64,000 bases of DNA from Actinomycetota bacterium (GCA_009886115.1 VFJJ01000043.1:1-64000), one strand, 5' to 3'. Shown: positions 10,592-20,556, counted from the first letter of the stretch. The notes: generated from the sequence alone by a model not told the origin. Program-made: numbers and translations.

Positions 10592-11805
10592 GACGTGCCC
10601 ATGTTCTCGTCGATGTAGCCGTGACCCAGGTCGGTGGTGAGGATGGCGCTCGCGCCGTTGCCGAGCCCCAGATCGGCGGTGACCACGATCTCCTTGGCCT
10701 CCATCGATTTTCGGGCGGCCTCGACGTCGTGGGCCGCGGCGATCCCGTGCTCGCAGACCACGATTCCGTTGTAAGCGATGCTGACCCGATCGGGATCGAT
10801 GAACGAGCCGCTGGCCCCGAGCTCCGACAGCACCCGTCCCCAGTAGGGATCCTCGCCGTACCACGAGCACTTGACGAGCAGGCTGTCGGCGACGGCCCGC
10901 GCGGCGCGCGCTGCGTCGGGCCGGGAGCGGGCGCCGACGACCTCGACCCGGACGAGCTTGGTGACACCCTCGGCGTCACGGGCGATCTGCTCGGCGAGCG
11001 AGGCGCACACGGCCCTGACCGCCTCGGCCACGGTGTGGTACCCGATCGAGGTCGTGTCGGCGATGGGCGCGTTGCCCGCCGCACCCGAGGCCAGGATCAA
11101 CACCGTGTCGTTGGTGCTCGTGCACCCGTCGACCGTGAGGGCGTTGAACGAGCGGTCGACGGCGTCTTCCAGCATCCGTTGCAGGACGACGGGCTCCACG
11201 GCGGCGTCGGTCGTGAGCAGCGCCAGCATCGTGGCCATGGCCGGCGAGATCATCCCGGCGCCCTTGGCCATGCCCCCGACCGAGAACGCGGGGCCGCCCT
11301 CGGGCAGGCTGGCCTGGGCCAGTGCCGTCTTGGCCACGGTGTCGGTGGTCATGATGGCGCTCGCAGCCCGGGCCCCGGCTGCGTCGCCGGTCTCGAGACC
11401 CGCAGCGACCAGCGGGATGCCGTGCTCCAGGTGGGCCATCGGCATGGGAATCCCGATCAGCCCGGTCGAGCAGACCAGGATCTGCTCTGCGGGCACTCCC
11501 CCGCCGAGGCCGGCGGCGGCCAGCTCGCACATGCGCTCGGCGTCGCGCCGACCCGCCGCACCCGTCGCCGCGTTGGCGTTGCCCGAGCTGAGCACGACAC
11601 CCGTGCTGCGCCCGCCGGTGGCCCGCAGGTGCTCGCGCGACACGAGGACGGGCGGCGCGGTGGCCAGGTTGGTGGTGAAGACGCCGGCCGCGGCCACGGA
11701 CCGGCCATCCGTCGTGGCCACGAACGCGAGATCGGGGTTGCCGCTCAGCTTGATCCCGCAGGCGATGCCCGCGGCCCGGAATCCCTTGGCAGCAGTGACG
11801 CTCAT
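10588..11805 (-). CDS. argJ: Glutamate N-acetyltransferase / ornithine acetyltransferase
   Basis: SGNANA, STGLIG, IMTTD, AKGAGMISPAMATML, DGCTSTND. Confidence 0.96.
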   Translation of the reverse strand: MSVTAAKGFRAAGIACGIKLSGNPDLAFVATTDGRSVAAAGVFTTNLATAPPVLVSREHLRATGGRSTGVVLSSGNANAATGAAGRRDAERMCELAAAGLGGGVPAEQILVCSTGLIGIPMPMAHLEHGIPLVAAGLETGDAAGARAASAIMTTDTVAKTALAQASLPEGGPAFSVGGMAKGAGMISPAMATMLALLTTDAAVEPVVLQRMLEDAVDRSFNALTVDGCTSTNDTVLILASGAAGNAPIADTTSIGYHTVAEAVRAVCASLAEQIARDAEGVTKLVRVEVVGARSRPDAARAARAVADSLLVKCSWYGEDPYWGRVLSELGASGSFIDPDRVSIAYNGIVVCEHGIAAAHDVEAARKSMEAKEIVVTADLGLGNGASAILTTDLGHGYIDENMGTS

Positions 11806-11840
11806 CGGCCATCCCCTCTGTTCACGGCGCGGCTGGCCCG

Positions 11841-11889
11841 CTGCTGTCGCTGCTGTCGCTGCTGTCGCTGCTGTCGCTGCTGTCGCTGC
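11841..11889. repeat. 9-bp tandem repeat (CTGCTGTCG)x5, argC-argJ intergenic
   Basis: Five perfect copies read directly. Confidence 0.95.
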
Positions 11890-11913
11890 ACCCAGTGTGC
11901 CCGTCGCCCCGGG

Positions 11914-12960
11914 TCACGGCATGATCCCGATGGCGCTCAGCCCGCAGGTTTCGGGGAGACCGAGCAGGAGGTTGGCGTTCTGAACGGCCTGCCCACTGCC
12001 CCCCTTGACGAGGTTGTCCTCGGCTGCAAGTGCCAGCACGGTGCCGGTGCGGGCGTCGTAGCGGGCGGTGACGTGCACGGCGTTCGATGCGAGTGCCGCC
12101 TTGGCCTGGGGCGGGTTCTCGCCGACGATGACGAAGGGCTCGCCGGCCCAGGCCTCGCGGAGACGATCGAGCAAGCGGGCCGTGGTGAGGCCCGACACCG
12201 CCGGTCGCGCCGTGCAGGTGGCCACGATCCCCCGGTTCATGGGCACCAGGTGCGGCGTGAACAGCACCTGCACGGGCGCGCCCGCCGGGGGCGCGACGTG
12301 CGTGAGCGCCTGCTCGATCTCGGCCGTGTGTCGGTGCGTCATGAGCCCGTAGGCCATGGCGTTCTCGTTGGCCTCGCTGTAGAGGCTGATGGTCGACAGC
12401 CCCCGACCCCGCCCCGACACGCCGCTCATGGCGTTGACGACGATCCCGGTGGGCTCGATCCATCCGGCGCTCATGAACGGCGCCAGGGCGATCGAGCTGG
12501 CCGTGGGGTAGCACCCGGGGTTGGCGACGTGGGGTCGCCCGGTGATGTCGGCGCGGTACAGCTCGACCATCCCGTACGAGAACTCGTCGAGCAGCTCGGG
12601 GGCCTGGTGGGCCTCGCCGTACCACTGCTCGTAGACGTCAGCCGGGAGTCGGAAGTCGGCACCGACGTCGACCACGTGCCGGGCCGCGGCGGTGATCGCC
12701 GCCATCTGCTTCTGCGACTCGCCGTGGGGAAGGGCACAGAAGACGACGTCGAGCCCGGCGACGGCCTCGGCGTCGAAGGCCGCCAGCGTCCGATCGCCGT
12801 AGGCCGACGTCAGCGAGGGATAGAGATCGGCGATGCGGGCCCCGGCGTTCGACTCGCCGCTGGCGTAGACCACGTCGATCTCGGGATGGCCGGCGAGCAG
12901 ACGCAACAGCTCGGCGCCCATGTACCCGGATGCACCGACGATCCCCGCGGACAAGCTCAT
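11914..12960 (-). CDS. argC: N-acetyl-gamma-glutamyl-phosphate reductase
   Basis: GASGY, ALPHG, ANPGCYPT, SGVSG, DNLVKG. Confidence 0.97.
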   Translation of the reverse strand: MSLSAGIVGASGYMGAELLRLLAGHPEIDVVYASGESNAGARIADLYPSLTSAYGDRTLAAFDAEAVAGLDVVFCALPHGESQKQMAAITAAARHVVDVGADFRLPADVYEQWYGEAHQAPELLDEFSYGMVELYRADITGRPHVANPGCYPTASSIALAPFMSAGWIEPTGIVVNAMSGVSGRGRGLSTISLYSEANENAMAYGLMTHRHTAEIEQALTHVAPPAGAPVQVLFTPHLVPMNRGIVATCTARPAVSGLTTARLLDRLREAWAGEPFVIVGENPPQAKAALASNAVHVTARYDARTGTVLALAAEDNLVKGGSGQAVQNANLLLGLPETCGLSAIGIMP

Positions 12961-12966
12961 CCCGCC

Positions 12967-12995
12967 ATCATACAGCGAACTGCATAGCTATGCAA
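12967..12995 (-). promoter_or_regulatory. arg operon promoter with overlapping ARG box; leaderless argC
   Basis: TTGCAT, 17 nt, TATGAT, 6 nt, ATG. Perfect palindrome TGCATAGCTATGCA at 12981-12994 resembles actinobacterial ArgR boxes. Confidence 0.85.
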
Positions 12996-13130
12996 GCCCC
13001 TCCGAGCACCTGTCGCTGCCACGACGTCGATGCGTGGTCAGCGACAGGTACGGGAGATCTTGGCGGCAGCATCAGCCCACGATGGCTCGAGGTCAGGCCT
13101 CAGCGGGGGGCCGAGTGCTGGTGGGTCCGA

Positions 13131-13418
13131 TCAGCCCTCGCCGAGCGCGGCGAGGTCGGCGCCGCATTCCTCAGCAGCCGCCAGCGTCACGTCGAAGGCA
13201 CGGGAGAGGAGCTCCTCGTCGGCGGTGTCCTCGGATACGGCCTTGATCTCGTCGCCGGATAACTCGGCCTCGATCTTGGTGCCGATGCAGTCGGCGGTGT
13301 CCGCGTCGACGCCAAGGCTCGACTGGATGTCGCCGCGGTCGACGGTGGTGTCCTTCGAGCAGGCCGACAGGGTCAGCATGAGGGCGGATGCAGCGATGGC
13401 AGCAAGGAACTTCTTCAT
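13131..13418 (-). CDS. Small hypothetical lipoprotein
   Basis: MKK, hydrophobic stretch and lipobox LSAC; acidic mature part with two Cys; GGAG-like RBS. Confidence 0.8.
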   Translation of the reverse strand: MKKFLAAIAASALMLTLSACSKDTTVDRGDIQSSLGVDADTADCIGTKIEAELSGDEIKAVSEDTADEELLSRAFDVTLAAAEECGADLAALGEG

Positions 13419-13545
13419 GGTTGTCTCCCAGTGTGTCCAGTGGTGACCCGGCTATCGACGCGCCACTGAGCGAGGTTGAATCAACCGCTCCAAGCAGTCG
13501 ACGTGCACCTCGGACTTGCCCGAACTTGTCGGCTCTGTCCCGTTC

Positions 13546-15945
13546 TCAGCCCCGGAGCCGGGCCCCGGTGGCGGCCAGGACGGCGTCGATCGCACCCTGG
13601 CGTAGCCCGGCCACGTCCTGGTCGGTGAGGGTGCGATCGGGTGCCCGGAACCAGATCGAGAACGCCAGCGAGACGTTGCCGGCGCCGACGGCCTCCGACC
13701 GGAAGGCGTCGAAGAGCGCGATCGACTCGACGAGCGCTCCACCGCCCGCACGCAGCGCGTCCTCGACCGAACGAGCAGGAACGCTGTCGTCGACCACGAA
13801 GGCCAGATCGATCGACGAGGCCGGAAACACCGAGACCGGCTGGAACTGGCGAGAGCGACGCCTGGAAGCCAGCAACCGGTCGAGGTCGCACTCGAAGCCG
13901 ACGATCGGGCCTCCGCCGAAACGGGCCGCGACCTCGGGATCGACCTCCCCCACCCATCCGACGGCGGCACCGTCGACCACCACGGCGGCCGAACGGGCCG
14001 GGTGCAGTCCGGGACCCGGGCCCGCCTCGATGCGCACGTCGGCGATCTCGAGCGTGTCGAGCACCGAAGCGAGCGCCGCGGTCGCGTCGTGCACGTCGAC
14101 GGGACGATCGTCGGCGTGAGGACGCTGCCGCAGCAACCCCGCCAGCACGCAGGCCACGTGCTCGCGTTCGTCGGGCAGTGGCGCTGTCGCCGCGCTCGGC
14201 GGTCCGAAGACATGCCCGAGCTCGAACAGGGCCACATTGGGCTGGCCGTGGCTGGCGTTGTAGCCGACGGCGCGCACCAGGCCGGGGAGGACGGCCGTCC
14301 GCAGGCACGACTCCTCGGCCCGCAGCGGGTTCTCGAGCTCGACGGCACCATCGGACGAGAACCCGCACCGTTCGAGATCGATCCGAGCGACGAGCGACGA
14401 GGTGAACGCCTCCGACGCCCCGACGCCGGTGAGGGCGTGACGCACGAGTCGCCGCTCCTGCTGGGCGCGGGTGAGCCCGCCCGAGGTGCCAGCCGGGCGC
14501 GGCACCGTGCGGGTGATGTTGTTGAAGCCGTGGTGGCGCCCGACCTCCTCGATCAGGTCGATCTCACGCTCGATGTCGGGCCGGAAGGTGGGGACGACGG
14601 CCGTGCGGACGTCGGGGTCGCTCGATTCCAGGCACTCGATGCCCAGGGGCTCGAGGCGCCCCACGATCTCATCGGTGCTGAGCGCGGTGCCCAGGACCGC
14701 GTTGACCCGCGACGTGCGGACCACGACGCGGGCGCGCTCGGCGGGGACGGGATGGGCGTCGAGCGGATCGCTGCCGGCGCTACCCGATGCCACGATCTCC
14801 AACAACGCCATGGCCCGCGCTGCCGCGTCGAGCGTCCCGGCCGGGTCGACACCACGTTCGAACCGGGCCGAGGCGTCGGTACGCAGGCCCAGGCGCTTCG
14901 ACGTGAGCCCGATGCCGGGCGCGCTGAAGAAGGCCGCTTCGAGCAGCAGCTCGGTGGTGGAATCGACGACCTCGGAGTCGGCGCCGCCCATGATGCCAGC
15001 GACGGCCGTCGGCTTCGAGTGCCCGTCGCAGATGAGGAGATCGTCGACCGTGAGCTGCCGTTCGACACCGTCGAGGGTGGTGAGCCCTTCACCGGCGCCG
15101 GCCAGGCGCACGACGATGCCGCGTCCCGGCAGCCGGGCCAGGTCGAAGGCATGGAGGGGCTGTCCCCGTTCGAGCATCACGTAGTTCGTGACGTCGACCA
15201 CGTTGTTGATGGGACGCATGCCAGCCATCGTGAGCCGTCGGGCCAGCCATGCCGGTGACGGCCCGACCACCACGTCGGCCGTCCAGCCCACGTAGCGGGG
15301 GCAGCGGTCGGGCGCTTCGATGCTGACGGTCGCCCGTCCGCCGACGCCGGGACCGCGCGTCGACGGTGCTACCAGCGGGATCGTGAACGGGATCCGGAAG
15401 TGGGCGGCGAGGTCGCGCGCGATCCCCACGATCGACATGGCGTCGGGGCGGTTCGGCGTGATCTCGAGCTCGAGCACGAGGTCGTCGAGGCCCAGCACGA
15501 TCCGCACGTCGGCGCCGAGCTCGGCGTCGGCCGCGAGCTGCACGATCCCCCCGTGGTCGTCGCCGAGTCCCAGCTCGCGAGCCGAGCAGAGCATCCCGTC
15601 GGAGACCTCGCCGCGGATCGTGCGCCGTTCGAGACGGAACCCGCCAGGCAGGCTCGCTCCCGAGGGAGCGAACGGCACGAGCTGCCCGGCCTCGATGTTG
15701 GGAGCGCCGCACACCACGCGGGTGGTGCCCGTCCCGAAATCGACCTCGGCCAGGCGCAGCTTGTCGGCATTGGGATGGGCGACCACGTCGAGGATGCGAG
15801 CGACGATCACACCCTCGATCTCGCGGCCGGGCTCGTCGATGGCGTCGACGATCAGCCCGATCCCGTTGCACGCATCAGCCAACCTCCCCGCATCCCGCGG
15901 CAACTCAGCAGCAAACTCCCCCAACCACGACAACGGTGCCCTCAT
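13546..15945 (-). CDS. pheT: Phenylalanyl-tRNA synthetase beta subunit
   Basis: MRAPLSWL, HPNADKL, VCGAPN, ITPNRPD, RFERGVD, DLIEEV and a C-terminal FDX-ACB domain. Confidence 0.97.
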   Translation of the reverse strand: MRAPLSWLGEFAAELPRDAGRLADACNGIGLIVDAIDEPGREIEGVIVARILDVVAHPNADKLRLAEVDFGTGTTRVVCGAPNIEAGQLVPFAPSGASLPGGFRLERRTIRGEVSDGMLCSARELGLGDDHGGIVQLAADAELGADVRIVLGLDDLVLELEITPNRPDAMSIVGIARDLAAHFRIPFTIPLVAPSTRGPGVGGRATVSIEAPDRCPRYVGWTADVVVGPSPAWLARRLTMAGMRPINNVVDVTNYVMLERGQPLHAFDLARLPGRGIVVRLAGAGEGLTTLDGVERQLTVDDLLICDGHSKPTAVAGIMGGADSEVVDSTTELLLEAAFFSAPGIGLTSKRLGLRTDASARFERGVDPAGTLDAAARAMALLEIVASGSAGSDPLDAHPVPAERARVVVRTSRVNAVLGTALSTDEIVGRLEPLGIECLESSDPDVRTAVVPTFRPDIEREIDLIEEVGRHHGFNNITRTVPRPAGTSGGLTRAQQERRLVRHALTGVGASEAFTSSLVARIDLERCGFSSDGAVELENPLRAEESCLRTAVLPGLVRAVGYNASHGQPNVALFELGHVFGPPSAATAPLPDEREHVACVLAGLLRQRPHADDRPVDVHDATAALASVLDTLEIADVRIEAGPGPGLHPARSAAVVVDGAAVGWVGEVDPEVAARFGGGPIVGFECDLDRLLASRRRSRQFQPVSVFPASSIDLAFVVDDSVPARSVEDALRAGGGALVESIALFDAFRSEAVGAGNVSLAFSIWFRAPDRTLTDQDVAGLRQGAIDAVLAATGARLRG

Positions 15946-16105
15946 GCGCTCTCCAGATCTGCTCAGGCTTGCTGATGGGTCTTGCCGGGTCTTGCCGGGT
16001 GTTGCCGTTGACCTCCGCCGAGCGCAGCGAGGTCTCGAATTCGCAGACGACGCCGAGACGCCGACGGAGTCGGTGGCTCGGCTTGGAGTCTGCACAAGCG
16101 CAGCA

Positions 16106-17152
16106 CTAGAATTGCTCCAAGAACCTCAGGTCGTTGTCCCAGAAGGCCTTGATGTGGTCGACGCCGTAGCGGGTCATGGCCATGCGCTCGAGCCCGAAAC
16201 CGAAGGCGAATCCGCTGTACTCCTCGGGGTCGTAACCAACGGCGGCGAAGACGTTCGGGTCGACCATCCCACAGCCGCCCAGCTCGAGCCAGCCCGTCCG
16301 TGAGCACACGCCGCACCCAGACCCTGCGCACATGAAACACGTCACCTCGAACTCGGCCGAGGGCTCGGTGAACGGGAAGAAGCTCGGGCGCAGCCGTGCG
16401 GTGCGACCGTCTCCGAAATAGGCCCGCGTGAAGGCCTCGATGGTGCCGGCCAGGTCACCGAAGGTGATCCCGCGATCGACGACGAGCCCTTCGATCTGGT
16501 GGAACACCGGCGAATGCCGGGCGTCGAGGGTGTCGCGGCGGTAGCACCGGCCGGGCATGACCGTGGCGATCGGCGGACGTTGGTCTTGCATGACCCGGAT
16601 CTGCACGGGCGAGGTGTGGGTGCGCAGCAGCACCTCCTCGGGCTGGCCCAGCTTCACGTACAGCGTGTCCCACATCGACCGGGCCGGATGGGCCTGCGGC
16701 ATGTTGAGCGCCTCGAAGTTGTAGAAGTCGGTCTCGACCTCGGGGCCCTCGGCCACCCGGAAGCCCAGGCCCACGAACACGTCCTCGAGCTCCTGCTGCA
16801 CCTGGGTGACGAGGTGCAGGTGCCCCCGGGGCCGGCCTCGGGGCGGCAACGTGAGGTCGACCGCGTCGCGGGTCAGACGCAGCGTCCGTTCGACGTCGGC
16901 GAGCTCGGTCCGGCGCTGCTCGACCAGCGCCGTCACGACCTGCTTGAAGGCTCCGACCGCCTTACCGAGCGCGGGGCGGTCGACCGGTGGGAACGTCTTG
17001 ATCTGCTCGTGCACGTCGGTCACGACGGCCCGGCGGCCGAGCAGCGTGCGTTCGCACCCAGCCAGCCCGTCGAGGTCGGCTGCCTGCGGCACCTCGGCCT
17101 GAGCCCGGGTGAGCTCGACATCGAGGCGGGAGAGTGCGTCAGCGAGATCCAT
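16106..17152 (-). CDS. pheS: Phenylalanyl-tRNA synthetase alpha subunit
   Basis: HPAR, LRTHTSPVQ, FHQIEG, FPFTEPS, GFAFGFGLER. Confidence 0.97.
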   Translation of the reverse strand: MDLADALSRLDVELTRAQAEVPQAADLDGLAGCERTLLGRRAVVTDVHEQIKTFPPVDRPALGKAVGAFKQVVTALVEQRRTELADVERTLRLTRDAVDLTLPPRGRPRGHLHLVTQVQQELEDVFVGLGFRVAEGPEVETDFYNFEALNMPQAHPARSMWDTLYVKLGQPEEVLLRTHTSPVQIRVMQDQRPPIATVMPGRCYRRDTLDARHSPVFHQIEGLVVDRGITFGDLAGTIEAFTRAYFGDGRTARLRPSFFPFTEPSAEFEVTCFMCAGSGCGVCSRTGWLELGGCGMVDPNVFAAVGYDPEEYSGFAFGFGLERMAMTRYGVDHIKAFWDNDLRFLEQF

Positions 17153-17261
17153 CGGGCGCTGACAGTACCGAAGCCCGGCGCTCCCACCCGGGATCATTCC
17201 CGGGTCGCGCTCTCCGGCGGTCTGTCGCCGGTCAGTCGCCGGCCATGGAGGGGCGCGGCCG

Positions 17262-18062
17262 CTACGGAAGCTGGAGGTGGCGCTGGCGACGGATCTCGAA
17301 GCAGAGGATGCCGGCCGCGACGGCCACGTTGAGCGAATCGCATCCGGCGGCCATGGGGATGGCCACCAGCTCGTCGACCCGGAGACCGTCGGGGAGCCCG
17401 TGGGTCTCGCCCCCGAGGAACAGGGCGAGGGGTCGCCGCAGATCGACGCTGTCGTAGGGCCGACCCGAGGTGTCGGCGCCCAGCATCGTGAACCCCCGGG
17501 CGGCCAGTGCGACTATCACGCCCGAGACGGGCACGTCGGCGACGCAGCGCATCCGCAGCAGCGCTCCCCCGCTCGCCCGCACGACCTTGGGGGCGTACAG
17601 ATCGGTGGTCCCGGCCAGGGCGACGACCGCACCGATCCCGGCGGCCTGGGCCGTGCGCAGGATGGTCCCGACGTTGCCGGGGTCCTGCAGCCCGGCCAGC
17701 ACCAGCACCGGCTCGCTGGCACAGGCCTCGGCCAGGCTCGTTGGGACGATCCCGACGATCGCCAGCACGGGCTGCGGGGTCACCGTGTCGGCGATGCGCT
17801 CCATCACGCCGGGCTCGAGGGTGAGGATCGCGACGCCCGCCGCCTCAGCCGCGGCCAGAACCTCGGGATGCCGGCGAGCCTCCGGAGCGACGTACAGGGC
17901 CTCGACGACCGCACCCGAGGCGATGGCGTCAGCGACGAGGGTGAGGCCCTCCACCACGAAGGCCCGTTCGGAGCGTCGCTGCGCCCGATCGCCGAGCAGC
18001 ATCCGGACGCGCCGGACGGGCGCAGACCGGAAGCCGAGCGTGCGCTCCGGAGGCTCGTTCAC
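17262..18062 (-). CDS. TrmH/SpoU-family RNA methyltransferase
   Basis: DPGNVGTILRT, LGGETHGL, IPM...SLNVAVAA; typical position between rplT and pheS. Start uncertain. Confidence 0.88.
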   Translation of the reverse strand: MNEPPERTLGFRSAPVRRVRMLLGDRAQRRSERAFVVEGLTLVADAIASGAVVEALYVAPEARRHPEVLAAAEAAGVAILTLEPGVMERIADTVTPQPVLAIVGIVPTSLAEACASEPVLVLAGLQDPGNVGTILRTAQAAGIGAVVALAGTTDLYAPKVVRASGGALLRMRCVADVPVSGVIVALAARGFTMLGADTSGRPYDSVDLRRPLALFLGGETHGLPDGLRVDELVAIPMAAGCDSLNVAVAAGILCFEIRRQRHLQLP

Positions 18063-18132
18063 CGATTCGGCATCGATCGTTGAGGGCGCGGGTTCAGCGG
18101 GTGACGGGCGCCCGGCCGCGGCCGGGCCACCG

Positions 18133-18579
18133 TCACGCTGCGTCTTCGTCGGCTCCGGCACTCCCGTCGGGACCATGCGTGCCATCGGTGCCATCGGTGC
18201 CATCGGTGCCGTCGGGGCCGGCAGCCGTGCTGGCCTGCTTGGCCGTCTCGACAAGCGCCGCGAAGGCCGGGGCGTCGGACACGGCCAACTCGGCGAGCAT
18301 CTTCCGGTCGACCTCGATCCCGGCGGCGTTCAGCCCGGCGATGAACCGGGAGTACGACAGACCATTCTCGCGACAGCCTGCGTTGATCCGCATGATCCAG
18401 AGCTTGCGGAACTCACCCTTGCGGGCTCGACGGTCGCGGTAGGCGTAGCGCAACGAGTGCATGACCTGCTCGTTGGCCTTGCGGTAGTGCTTCGAGCGCG
18501 CACCCGAGTACCCCTTCGCGCGCTCGAGGACGACCTTGCGACGCTTCTTCGAATGGACGGAACGTTTCACACGTGCCAC
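18133..18579 (-). CDS. rplT: 50S ribosomal protein L20 (with low-complexity acidic tail)
   Basis: MARVKR...YAYRDRR...FRKLWI.RINA...DRKMLAELA. Confidence 0.98.
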   Translation of the reverse strand: MARVKRSVHSKKRRKVVLERAKGYSGARSKHYRKANEQVMHSLRYAYRDRRARKGEFRKLWIMRINAGCRENGLSYSRFIAGLNAAGIEVDRKMLAELAVSDAPAFAALVETAKQASTAAGPDGTDGTDGTDGTHGPDGSAGADEDAA

Positions 18580-18622
18580 GGGAGTTCTCCTTACGACCGG
18601 GTCGGACGGGCTCTGGAACCTC

Positions 18623-18817
18623 TCAGAGACCGAGCATCCGCTTCACGGCCTTCACGTCGGTGGGGTGGACATCGGCCGGACCGCTCAGGCGGCGGCGACG
18701 TCGGCTGCTCTTGTGCTCGAGCAGGTGGCCCTTGAACGCCTTGCGCCGCCGGAGCTTGCCGGTACCGGTCGTCGTGAAGCGCTTGGCCGCGCCCCGGTGC
18801 GTCTTCATCTTGGGCAT
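18623..18817 (-). CDS. rpmI: 50S ribosomal protein L35
   Basis: [14 protein letters not shown]...HLLEHK. Confidence 0.98.
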   Translation of the reverse strand: MPKMKTHRGAAKRFTTTGTGKLRRRKAFKGHLLEHKSSRRRRRLSGPADVHPTDVKAVKRMLGL

Positions 18818-18861
18818 CGTGGATCTCCTACGGGGTCGGGCGAGCCGACAGCGGATGGTGC

Positions 18862-19530
18862 TCAGGCGGGTGGAGTGGGGCTCTCAACGACGGGAGCCTC
18901 GGGAGGTGCAACGGCGACGGCGGGAGGCGCCGGGCTCTCGCCGTTCGTCGCTGCTGGCGGGGCCGGCCTCGGTTCATCGGTTCGCAGCGGAGCGGCTTTG
19001 GTGGGCTTACCGCCCGGCTTGCGCGATGGCGCCACCACCATGGTCATGTTACGGCCGTCGAGCTTGGGTGAGGCTTCGATCACGGCGTAGTCCCTGACCT
19101 GCTCGGAGACCTTCTCGAGGATCTTCATCCCGAGCTCCGGATGGGCGACCTCTCGGCCACGGAACATGATCGTGAGCTTGACCTTGAACCCTTCGGAGAG
19201 GAAGCGCTCGACGTGCTTCATCTTCGTGGCGTAGTCGTGCTGATCGATCTTGGGCCGGAACTTCATCTCCTTGATGATGATGTTCGTGGCCCGCTTGCGC
19301 GATTCCTTGCGCTTTTGCTGCTCGTCGTACTGGTACTTCTTGAAGTCCATGATCCGGCAAACCGGTGGAGCGGCCATGGGCGCGACCTCGACCAGGTCGA
19401 GCTGCTGCTCGCGAGCGATCTGCAATGCCTGTGGAAGCGCCTTGATGCCGAGCTGCGCTCCGTCGGACCCGATCAGACGAACCTCGCGGGACCGGATCTG
19501 ATCGTTGATCCGGGTGTCGGTGACGGCGAT
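18862..19530 (-). CDS. infC: Translation initiation factor IF-3, non-canonical ATC start inferred
   Basis: [31 protein letters not shown] at 19530 follows GAAAGGCAGG; no ATG or GTG at the conserved N-terminus. Confidence 0.95.
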   Translation of the reverse strand: MAVTDTRINDQIRSREVRLIGSDGAQLGIKALPQALQIAREQQLDLVEVAPMAAPPVCRIMDFKKYQYDEQQKRKESRKRATNIIIKEMKFRPKIDQHDYATKMKHVERFLSEGFKVKLTIMFRGREVAHPELGMKILEKVSEQVRDYAVIEASPKLDGRNMTMVVAPSRKPGGKPTKAAPLRTDEPRPAPPAATNGESPAPPAVAVAPPEAPVVESPTPPA

Positions 19531-19828
19531 GTCTGGACCTGCCTTTCGTCGGGGCGATGACGCCGGCACGCGAGGGACGCGCGAACGGGCGGGGAGAGAA
19601 GCGTCAGCCCGGGCACATCCCGCACGCACCATCCCGGAAGATGGCTCGGTGGTCCGTGGTGTCGTCGTGACCAACCCGCCGCACTCGACGATCACCGTGG
19701 AAACGATGTCGCGGTGGCCGGGTGGGGACCCATGACCGGTGCTCGCCGCCCGACCCACGTGACGTGGGGCTAGGTTTGCGCACCAGGCAGGAGCGGGTCC
19801 CGCTTCGTGTTTTTGCTGTTGGACGGGG

Positions 19829-19837
19829 AGGTTACCA
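19829..19837 (-). promoter_or_regulatory. Extended -10 (TGgTAACCT) for infC-rpmI-rplT, giving a ~290-nt leader
   Basis: TG-N-TAACCT on the minus strand, adjacent to the start of the divergent gene. Confidence 0.55.
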
Positions 19838-19839
19838 GG

Positions 19840-20271
19840 GTGAGCTCACTGTGGACACCATCCGGCGAGCAGCCGGTCGAATCGGCGGGATCAGGCTCGG
19901 TTCCCACGGGTTCCGGCGCGGGGCCCGTCTCGTCCCACGGCCATACAGGGCACGACGAGCACGACGAGCACGACGGGCACGATGAGGCCGCCGAGCTGGC
20001 GCAGCTCCAATCCGAGCTCAGGGCGACGCCCGCGGCCGACATCATCGCCAACCACGCCATCGGTCTGTGGCAGCTGGCCGTGTTGCACCTTGGCCTCGAC
20101 AATCCCTCGATGGCCAAGCTCGCCGAGGCCAGCCTGGCCATCGACGCCATGGGAGCCATCGTCGACAAGCTGGCCGGGCGCCTCGGTGCCCACGCCGAGC
20201 CCCTCACCGACGCCCTCACCCAACTCCGCATGGCCTTCGTGCAGCAGTCCCGCCGCATCAACGAGACCTGA
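19840..20271 (+). CDS. Conserved hypothetical protein (DUF1844-like) with His/acidic insert
   Basis: SSLWTPSGE N-terminus, LAVLHL...EASLAIDAM...LTQLRMAFVQ; divergent from infC as is usual in Actinobacteria; HGHTGHDEHDEHDGHDE. Confidence 0.7.
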   Translation: MSSLWTPSGEQPVESAGSGSVPTGSGAGPVSSHGHTGHDEHDEHDGHDEAAELAQLQSELRATPAADIIANHAIGLWQLAVLHLGLDNPSMAKLAEASLAIDAMGAIVDKLAGRLGAHAEPLTDALTQLRMAFVQQSRRINET

Positions 20272-20299
20272 ACGAGCCGACCCGCCCCCGACCTGGCGC

Positions 20300-20527
20300 T
20301 CAGCTCGGGGTGGAGCCCCGGGTGATCGCGCCGGCCTCCCAGCGCCCACCGAGTCCCGCCATGATCTCGAACCGGACGGGCGTTCCAACCAGGATCCTCC
20401 GGGTGCCGTCGGCGATCGTGACGCAGTGGAACCGCAGCCGACGACCATCGGTCGTTTCCACCTCGCCGAGACCCCGCGCCTCGTCGAACTCCACCACGAC
20501 GCCGTGAGCCCTCTGCGCCTCACCCAT
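20300..20527 (-). CDS. Cold-shock-domain-like (OB-fold) small protein
   Basis: GVVVEFDEARGLGEV...FHCVTI...ILVGTPVRFEI...EA follows the CSD beta-strand pattern; GGAGG RBS. Confidence 0.7.
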   Translation of the reverse strand: MGEAQRAHGVVVEFDEARGLGEVETTDGRRLRFHCVTIADGTRRILVGTPVRFEIMAGLGGRWEAGAITRGSTPS

Positions 20528-20556
20528 GTGCCCTCCGATCGACGGGTCGCACGCCG

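Noticed and set aside
11841..11889. Short repeats as a CRISPR array
   Set aside because: The units are 8-15 bp, contiguous and without spacers, and there are no cas genes.
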